Source: Candidatus Tayloriibacteriota bacterium
Lineage (GTDB): Bacteria; Patescibacteriota; Minisyncoccia; Phycocordibacterales; PALSA-1337
Reading direction: 5' to 3'
Length of the DNA stretch: 64,000 nt
Assembly: GCA_003151615.1 (NCBI GenBank)
Contig: PLXZ01000001.1
Span: forward strand, 134,544-198,543
The notes below the pieces were generated by a model, which had not been told where the DNA came from, did no database searches, and saw nothing but the letters and a program-made list of their open reading frames with translations. The position numbers and the translations under genes are program-made. Positions 57,816 to 64,000 of the stretch are shown piece by piece (positions within the stretch are counted from its first letter, which is position 1; every line of letters begins with the position of its first letter).

Positions 57816-57986
57816 GGAGGGCACGTTTTATGACGTTTTATGCCATCTATTTAATCATGATTTAAATTTGGCAATATTAACCCGAAGGTGTTGCGAAGGC
57901 CATGATACATTACGGCGTACTTGACATTTTGGCATTATAGTGATAATAATATATCAGTTAGACAACTTTCAAGGAGGCAATTAATT

Positions 57987-58292
57987 ATGTCAAATAAAAT
58001 TAAACATACCGAAAAATGTGAACAAGAGTTGGGGTGTTCATTTCCGGAAGTAGATGCTTACTTAGATCAGTTTTTTATTGAGGGAGGCGATGATAGCCAT
58101 CGTCAGCAACTCCATCATACCGAAGGTGTTGAGGAGATTCGCAGGGTATTCAGTGAACAACATGGTTCTGAATATGGTAACCGAGCGGCTCGGGCCGCAG
58201 AGATACATATCATGGAGGATTTCGGCATTGACCATGTTCCAACGAGGAATGAAGTTCTTAACAGACTTCTAGCTTTCAAACAAGCGAACTAA
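57987..58292 (+). CDS. Hypothetical small protein on its own transcription unit
   Basis: 101 aa. Strong RBS AAGGAGG, a promoter-like TTGACA-17-TAATAA at about 57931-57959, and a clean terminator downstream. No motif I recognise. Confidence 0.4.
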   Translation: MSNKIKHTEKCEQELGCSFPEVDAYLDQFFIEGGDDSHRQQLHHTEGVEEIRRVFSEQHGSEYGNRAARAAEIHIMEDFGIDHVPTRNEVLNRLLAFKQAN

Positions 58293-58304
58293 TAAAACCT
58301 AATC

Positions 58305-58342
58305 AACCGCACAAGTTCCATAAACTTCGTGCGGTTCTTTTT
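58305..58342 (+). terminator. Rho-independent terminator
   Basis: Long hairpin AACCGCACAAGTT...AACTTCGTGCGGTT followed by CTTTTTG. Confidence 0.7.
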
Positions 58343-58388
58343 GTATAGAAAGAAAGAGGTCACATTTATAATTACGTTTAAATTGAGA

Positions 58389-58631
58389 TTAAATCAACCC
58401 CGCTTTTTTCAAAGTCTTGAAAGCTCCGTGTTTCTGAATCGTTTTCAGTCCGCGCGTCGAGATGACGAGATTGATTGTTTTCTTCAGTTCGGGAATATAG
58501 ATTTTTTTCTTCTGGAGATTGGCATATTTGCGAACCATTCCCGTGGGATTGAATTGGGTTGCACGAGTGCGGTTTGAGTACCCGCCTCCCATTTTCGAAC
58601 TTTTTTGTGTGATTGCGCAGACTTTTGCCAT
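58389..58631 (-). CDS. rpmB: 50S ribosomal protein L28
   Basis: 80 aa. MAKVCAITQK...NRTRATQFNPTG is consistent with the L28 N-terminal region. Confidence 0.65.
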   Translation of the reverse strand: MAKVCAITQKSSKMGGGYSNRTRATQFNPTGMVRKYANLQKKKIYIPELKKTINLVISTRGLKTIQKHGAFKTLKKAGLI

Positions 58632-58671
58632 AAAATTAAGTGAGCTGTCATGGTATCATAATCATTAAATT

Positions 58672-59295
58672 ATGCAAACACTTCAAGCCACGCCAGTCAT
58701 TTTCGAGATAATCGTCCTTATATTTTCCATCATCATTCACGAAATATCGCACGGATATGTCGCGGAACTTTTGGGCGACCCGACGGCGCGTCTGCAGGGA
58801 AGACTGACCCTCAACCCGCTTAAACATATTGATCCCATCGGCTCAATTTTGGTTCCGATAATCACGGCCTTCAGCGGTTTCGCTTTCGGCTGGGCGAAAC
58901 CCGTTCCGTACAATCCTTATAATCTGAAGAATCGCCGGACAGGGGAATTGCTCATTGCCGCCGCCGGACCGGCTTCAAATTTTCTCATCGCTTTCGTGTT
59001 CGGTCTGTTCATACGTTTCGGCATCGGCGGTTCAATCATATTTTTACAATTGTGCGGATATATTGTTCTTATAAATATAAGTCTGGCAGTTTTCAACCTC
59101 ATTCCGTTTCCGCCGCTCGACGGCTCGAAAATTCTTTTTGCCGCGTTTCCGCAGAGCCCGCACTGGATGCAAATTCGTCGCAATATCGAGCAGTATTCGA
59201 TTTTTCTCGTTTTGATTCTGGTTATTTTTCTCTGGCAATTCATTACGCCGATAATTCCGGCATTTTTCTACGTCTTCACCGGCGTACAGATTTGA
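58672..59295 (+). CDS. Site-2-protease (M50) family zinc metallopeptidase
   Basis: HEISH (HExxH) in the first TM helix. LNPLKHIDPIGS and a downstream TM with LIPFPPLDG. Confidence 0.7.
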   Translation: MQTLQATPVIFEIIVLIFSIIIHEISHGYVAELLGDPTARLQGRLTLNPLKHIDPIGSILVPIITAFSGFAFGWAKPVPYNPYNLKNRRTGELLIAAAGPASNFLIAFVFGLFIRFGIGGSIIFLQLCGYIVLINISLAVFNLIPFPPLDGSKILFAAFPQSPHWMQIRRNIEQYSIFLVLILVIFLWQFITPIIPAFFYVFTGVQI

Positions 59296-59381
59296 CTTTT
59301 TGTTATTGATGTACTATAGTTTTTTCAGAAGCGGACAGAGTCCGCGTTTTCATTTGAACTTCAACAATCAACTGTTTTCTT

Positions 59382-59762
59382 ATGTCTAAAAAAATTGAAA
59401 TATTGCTCGGTCTGACCCCTCTTCACGACGGCAAACCTAACCCGGGTCATCCCACTCATGTCCTGCACTACTCTTTCTTCGTCAACAGTTTGCCTTTTGA
59501 CGTCAATACGATGTATGTCTCTCCTCACGAGGGTAATATCTTTGTCGGCAGGAATGAATTTGGCCGGCGCATCAGCAAAATGGCGGAATACGCATGCTGT
59601 TCGGAAGTTGTCATTATTAATGGCGTCGCCCGGGGGGAATTCAAGGACAAAAAATACAAAATAAACGTCGTCGAGAAAATTGACCACGCTTGTCTCGTCG
59701 AATTCATCAAAAAATTCTTGCCGGATTTGAGCATAGAATTTGTCGATGAAGGCGTGTCCTGA
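59382..59762 (+). CDS. Hypothetical protein
   Basis: 126 aa. No motif I recognise. Confidence 0.3.
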   Translation: MSKKIEILLGLTPLHDGKPNPGHPTHVLHYSFFVNSLPFDVNTMYVSPHEGNIFVGRNEFGRRISKMAEYACCSEVVIINGVARGEFKDKKYKINVVEKIDHACLVEFIKKFLPDLSIEFVDEGVS

Positions 59763-59840
59763 CGCATTTGTTTTAAAGTCACTTTCATGAATGGGGGCCT
59801 CGCGGTTCCCATTTTTTTTATTTAATGTTACCATTTCAGT

Positions 59841-60236
59841 ATGTTAATCACCGCGGCAATCGCGAAAATTCACAGGGCAGTCGTCACTCAGGCCGAACTT
59901 GATTATGTCGGCTCCATTACCATCGATTCCGATTTGCTTGCCGCATGCGGAATGAAGGAGTTTCAGATGGTTCACATTAATAATGTGGCAAACGGCAAGC
60001 ATTGGGAGACATATATATTGGCTGGTCCCGCAGGCAAAGGAGATATTTGCCTCAACGGCCCTCCGGCTCGGCTTTTTTCACCCGGAAATATCGTCATCAT
60101 CATCGCTTACGCCCAAATGGAACCTTCGGAATTGAAGGGAGGTCCGACCGTAGTTTTTGTCGATGAAAAGAACAAAATCACGAAAATAAAAAAGCACGAC
60201 GACATTGCAATCGGCGCAACGACAGAGACGGCATAA
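59841..60236 (+). CDS. panD: Aspartate 1-decarboxylase
   Basis: KIHRAVVTQAELDYVGSITIDSDLL with the processing-site Ser in YVGSIT. ING and VIIIAYAQM blocks. Confidence 0.85.
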   Translation: MLITAAIAKIHRAVVTQAELDYVGSITIDSDLLAACGMKEFQMVHINNVANGKHWETYILAGPAGKGDICLNGPPARLFSPGNIVIIIAYAQMEPSELKGGPTVVFVDEKNKITKIKKHDDIAIGATTETA

Positions 60237-60416
60237 AATCTTGCCTTTTTTCGCGCTTTGTAGTACATTACTTCCACGTTGCAAAACGTAATTATCAGAA
60301 AATAAGGGTGAGTAATTCAGGGCGGTAGGCTAAATCCTCAAGGATTTGCCACTCAAACCTCCTTCGAGTGAAAAAAATCAGCCTTATTGCAAGTTTTAAA
60401 TTAATTCAGCATATAA

Positions 60417-60839
60417 ATGCCAACAATCAATCAATTGGTCAAGAAAAATCGCGCGCGCTTCACCCGAAAATCAAAGTCGGTTGCCTTGACGCGCAGTTTC
60501 AACTCGATCAAAAACCGTCCGAACTTTTTTCCGGCTCCTTTTAAACGAGGCGTCTGCATAAAGGTGACGACAAAGACTCCGAAGAAGCCTAACTCTGCCA
60601 TCCGAAAAATCGCCCGCGTGCGACTTTCAAACGGCATGGAAGTTACGGCGTACATTCCGGGAGAAGGACACACATTGCAGGAACACTCGGTCGTTTTGCT
60701 CCGAGGCGGTCGCGTCAAGGACGTAGGTCTTCGCTATTCAGTAGTCCGAGGAGTTTTGGACTGCGTCGGCGTTGAAAAGAGACGAAAAGGTCGCAGCCAG
60801 TACGGAAACAAAAAGCCAAAGGCGGCGAAGGCGGCTTAA
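60417..60839 (+). CDS. rpsL: 30S ribosomal protein S12
   Basis: [10 protein letters not shown]...[10 protein letters not shown]...LLRGGRVKD, the canonical S12 sequence. Confidence 0.95.
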   Translation: MPTINQLVKKNRARFTRKSKSVALTRSFNSIKNRPNFFPAPFKRGVCIKVTTKTPKKPNSAIRKIARVRLSNGMEVTAYIPGEGHTLQEHSVVLLRGGRVKDVGLRYSVVRGVLDCVGVEKRRKGRSQYGNKKPKAAKAA

Positions 60840-60878
60840 TCCCGATCAATCCGTAAATTTCTAATCTAAAATAAAAAC

Positions 60879-61349
60879 ATGCGAAGAAAAGTAAATAACA
60901 GAAATATCGTCGGTCCCGAAATGGTATACAGCTCTGTGAAAGTAGGGAAGCTCATTAACTATGTCATGTACGACGGCAAGAAAAATGCGGCGCGCACGAT
61001 CGTGTATGACTGCCTCAATGCAATAAAAGACCAGGCAAAAGTCACCGATCCGATTGAAGTATTTGAAACCGCACTTAAAAACACGGCTCCGCAGATGGAA
61101 GTTCGCTCACGCCGCGTCGGGGGCGCCAACTATCAGGTTCCGCGCGAAGTCCGTCCTGAACGCCGCCAGGCTTTGTCGATGAAATGGATTGTCGAGGCTG
61201 CCCGTTCAAAGAAAGGCAAGTCGCTTTCCCTCAAACTCGCCGACGAAATCATCCTCGCTTCAAAAAACGAAGGAGAAGCAGTCAAGAAGCGCGAGAATAC
61301 CCACAAGATGGCAGAAGCAAACAAAGCGTTCGCTCATTTCGCTTGGTAA
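60879..61349 (+). CDS. rpsG: 30S ribosomal protein S7
   Basis: MRRKVNNRNIV...GKKNAARTIVY...QVPREVRPERR, the canonical S7 sequence. Confidence 0.95.
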   Translation: MRRKVNNRNIVGPEMVYSSVKVGKLINYVMYDGKKNAARTIVYDCLNAIKDQAKVTDPIEVFETALKNTAPQMEVRSRRVGGANYQVPREVRPERRQALSMKWIVEAARSKKGKSLSLKLADEIILASKNEGEAVKKRENTHKMAEANKAFAHFAW

Positions 61350-61394
61350 CTTCGAAAAGTCTCTTTTTAAGAAAACAGAAATTAAAGAACGCCC

Positions 61395-61427
61395 CGTCTC
61401 GGGGCGTTCTTTAATTATGTGCCAGTC
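61395..61427. terminator. Hairpin terminator after rpsG; bidirectional candidate
   Basis: Perfect 10-bp stem GAACGCCCCG / CGGGGCGTTC with a short loop, flanked by AAA and TTT. Confidence 0.5.
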
Positions 61428-61471
61428 ATTTTAGTTTTTTAATCTGCTAACGATGATGTTGTTCATCAAGG

Positions 61472-63037
61472 TTATGTTGTTGAAGCCGTACTCGTGCTTG
61501 TGCTTGTCGCGTTCGGCAACGTCATGAAGCTTGAAGCCGATGACGTCGACGTACCGGCTGAATCAGCTGAGCTGACCGCGAAATAATACGTGGTCGAGGC
61601 GTTGAGACCGAAGATATTCACTGTATGGGCCATGATAGGCACCGCACTATGAACCGCCTGCGTTGTCGTTGCTCCGATTACCGGCGTGCTGGTCGAATAA
61701 TAGATTGTCGAATCGGAGTTCTGATCAGTCGTCCAGGCTACCGTCGCCGTTGACGTTCCAATTACCGAGGCATTGACCCCACTAATGACCGGAATTGTCG
61801 TCGATGAAGTGGTTGAAGCCTGCGTCACTGTCACTGTCGTCGTTGTCGACATCGTCAGACCGGACGTATTTTCAGCTGTAAACGTAATAGTATACGTTCC
61901 CGGATTTGCGTAGGTGTGGCTGAAAGTCGACGACTGGAGATAGACCGGCTGACTCAATGCAGCGAACAGGGCCATTATTCCATTGCCCGTATCGCCCCAT
62001 TTGACGGAATAGGCGAGCGCTTCATTTCTCGGATCATAGGCGTTGACCGTCCAACTTCCCTGGGTTCCGACCGCTATCGAGCTCGAGCCCGTAACCGAAG
62101 TTACGACCGGAGCCGTATCAGCGGGACCCGGAGTGGTAAAGGATACCTGAGCCGACGTGCTCAAGTTTCCCCTCGAATCAGCCGAGCCGACGATTGCGTA
62201 ATAGGTCGTTCCCGCGGAAAGACCCGTCAAGGTGACGCTATGGTCGAAGACTTTAGCCGGATGCGATACCTGAGGAGTTCCGGATGCGCTGACCGGTGAA
62301 GTCGTCGAATACCAGACCTGGCTGTCCGAATTTTCATTCGTGTTCCAGGTCAGGACTGCCTGATGAGGCTTTGTCGAAGTCGCGTTGACGTTCGATATGA
62401 CAGGACCCGATGTTGACGTGACGACATTGACCGTCACCGACGAAGTTGTCGTCAAGCCGGCGCTATCCTTGACCGTGAACGTGACGGTGTAGACGCCCGC
62501 AGTGCTATATGAGTGCGTGAACGTCGCCGTCTGCGTGAACACTTGGGCTAGTGCCGCGAACAATGCGTGTATTCCGCTCGTGTCACCCCAGTTGACGGAA
62601 TAACTCAGGTTGCCGTTCTGCGGATCCGAAGCGCTGACGTTCCAGGTACCCGTTTGTCCGACATTGAGAACCGTCGGCGAAGATACGCCGCTTATGGTCG
62701 GAGGTTGATTGGCTGTTGTTGTCGTGGAAGAGGTAGTCGAAGAAGTTGAGCCGCCGTTACGTTTACCGGTCAGCCCATCACCCCAGCCATTGTTATGGCC
62801 GAAGAAGTTCCACCAGTCATTGCCGTTGTTTTGCGGAATGGGAGCCGGAGGTGTCGAATGCGTTGGATTCGGAGGATCGTGCCTCTGGCTCTGGTTGTTA
62901 TTATTCTGATAATGATTTCCGCTGTCGTTGCCGTGGACTATCGACGGTCCGGCGGCAAAAGCGGAGAATGGCAAGAGCACCGCGAGAGCGATCCCCGCTG
63001 TACTGATTGCCAAACGATTGTTGAATGATTTTTTCAT
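61472..63037 (-). CDS. Secreted surface protein with tandem PKD/Fn3-like Ig-fold repeats
   Basis: Start at MKKSFNNRLAISTAGIALAVLLPFSAFAAG (signal peptide). Two PKD-like blocks (AGVYTVTFTVKDSAGLTTTSSVTVNV and PGTYTITFTAENTSGLTMSTTTTVTV) alternate with Fn3-like blocks. S/T-rich C-terminus. Confidence 0.5.
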   Translation of the reverse strand: MKKSFNNRLAISTAGIALAVLLPFSAFAAGPSIVHGNDSGNHYQNNNNQSQRHDPPNPTHSTPPAPIPQNNGNDWWNFFGHNNGWGDGLTGKRNGGSTSSTTSSTTTTANQPPTISGVSSPTVLNVGQTGTWNVSASDPQNGNLSYSVNWGDTSGIHALFAALAQVFTQTATFTHSYSTAGVYTVTFTVKDSAGLTTTSSVTVNVVTSTSGPVISNVNATSTKPHQAVLTWNTNENSDSQVWYSTTSPVSASGTPQVSHPAKVFDHSVTLTGLSAGTTYYAIVGSADSRGNLSTSAQVSFTTPGPADTAPVVTSVTGSSSIAVGTQGSWTVNAYDPRNEALAYSVKWGDTGNGIMALFAALSQPVYLQSSTFSHTYANPGTYTITFTAENTSGLTMSTTTTVTVTQASTTSSTTIPVISGVNASVIGTSTATVAWTTDQNSDSTIYYSTSTPVIGATTTQAVHSAVPIMAHTVNIFGLNASTTYYFAVSSADSAGTSTSSASSFMTLPNATSTSTSTASTT

Positions 63038-63237
63038 TTGTTTTTTGCAATTAGCTGATAATGTTGTGCGCGCATAGCGCAAGACTGGCACAGCATTTGG
63101 CCTTCGACGTGGCCATGCTCTTAGGCTGACGGAGTCTTCGAAAATACATTTCACTCTTTACTGTTTTTTGCCGCTGTGCTCTTGTGAAAATAAAAAAACC
63201 GACCCACTTTCGCGGGCCGGCTTGGTTTTTTCACTGA

Positions 63238-64000
63238 TCACAGAATTTTCCGGAGAACCAATTCGCCCATTTCACTGCAGCCGAGCACTTTTGTGCACCC
63301 GGGTTCGGCGATGTCGGTTGTGCGGTAGCCTTCTTTCAGGACATCGCGAACAGCTTGCTCAATGGCAATTGCTCCGTTATCGGCGGCAATATGACGCAAA
63401 AGCATGGCTCCGGTAAGAATGCGGCCCAGTGGATTGGCCTTATCTTGCCCTGCCAATGTAGGGGCTGTCCCGGCGCCGCTTTCAAACATTGCCTGCATTG
63501 TATCGGGATTTACCGCGGAGCTGTGCATCAGTCCCATACCGCCGACCATTTCGGCTGCACCGTCGGAGAGGATGTCCCCGTGCTCGTTGCCGCAGGCGAT
63601 GACGCCGCGAAGTTCCTTCGGCTTGAACAAAAGCATGTTCGCCGAGTCAACCAGCTGATGCCGGTAGGAAACCTCGGGGAATTCTTTTGCAATCCGGTCA
63701 ACGATCTTGCGCCAGTAGGCGTAGCGAGCCATCACGTTTGCCTTGTCCACCGATGTGAGCGGCAACCCCATGTTCCGAGCGTAGCTGAATGCCATACGGA
63801 AGTATTTTTCGATGGTCTCACCACGGTAATAGGCGAGTTCGCTGACCAGCGTCTCATTTCCAGTGACGTCTTTTTTGAGTTTCAATCCGAGATCCCACGC
63901 TGTCGCTGGCGGCACAAGCTCCAACATGTCTTGCGTTCCGAAGTAGCTATCCTCCAGAAGAAACCGGATGAAGGTCATGTTGACGCCTTCCTCCGGAATG
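63238..64000 (-). CDS. Isocitrate/isopropylmalate dehydrogenase family protein (C-terminal part; 5' end beyond the window)
   Basis: The GNEHGDILSDGAAEMVGGMGL block matches the NLFGDILSD signature region of beta-decarboxylating dehydrogenases. The ORF runs off the window edge. Confidence 0.7.
   Translation of the reverse strand, partial: IPEEGVNMTFIRFLLEDSYFGTQDMLELVPPATAWDLGLKLKKDVTGNETLVSELAYYRGETIEKYFRMAFSYARNMGLPLTSVDKANVMARYAYWRKIVDRIAKEFPEVSYRHQLVDSANMLLFKPKELRGVIACGNEHGDILSDGAAEMVGGMGLMHSSAVNPDTMQAMFESGAGTAPTLAGQDKANPLGRILTGAMLLRHIAADNGAIAIEQAVRDVLKEGYRTTDIAEPGCTKVLGCSEMGELVLRKIL

Noticed and set aside
63160-63237. Hairpin-like GC-rich stretch (AAAAAAACCGACCCACTTTCGCGGGCCGGCTTGGTTTTTT) between two minus-strand genes
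   Set aside because: The two arms are not cleanly complementary when written out. It may be a terminator for the dehydrogenase gene, but I could not support a stable stem by eye.

Overview
This 64 kb window looks like a compact, gene-dense bacterial chromosome segment, about 45% GC, with many overlapping start/stop codons. Its gene content (split ComEC, minimal metabolism, a type IV pilus cluster, a large repeat-rich surface protein) resembles small-genome Patescibacteria/CPR-like bacteria; that placement is an inference, not a search result. Most of the window is housekeeping: ksgA, a UvrD-family helicase, ComM, rpsO, xerC/D, xth, cca, a four-tRNA cluster, hup, rny, clpP, rsmE, tig, ppa, nusA, tpiA, pgk, recJ, rnhA, sod, panD and rpsL-rpsG. 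There is also a Liv-type branched-chain amino-acid ABC transporter with three binding proteins and two TrmB-like regulators. A pilB-pilC-pilin cluster sits directly after a 900-aa Asp-box (BNR) beta-propeller protein built from roughly 130-nt tandem repeats. A conjugation/T4SS-like membrane operon starts the window. The strongest finding is between a RhuM-family gene, a TrmB regulator and the liv operon. Here a foreign-looking, GC-richer cassette at about 23.6-24.74 kb carries a consensus sigma70 promoter, two small orphan ORFs and two canonical type III hammerhead ribozymes in the same orientation (24090-24142 and 24685-24734). Their predicted cleavage sites bracket a roughly 594-nt RNA containing the second ORF. 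I could see no CRISPR array, rRNA or transposase.
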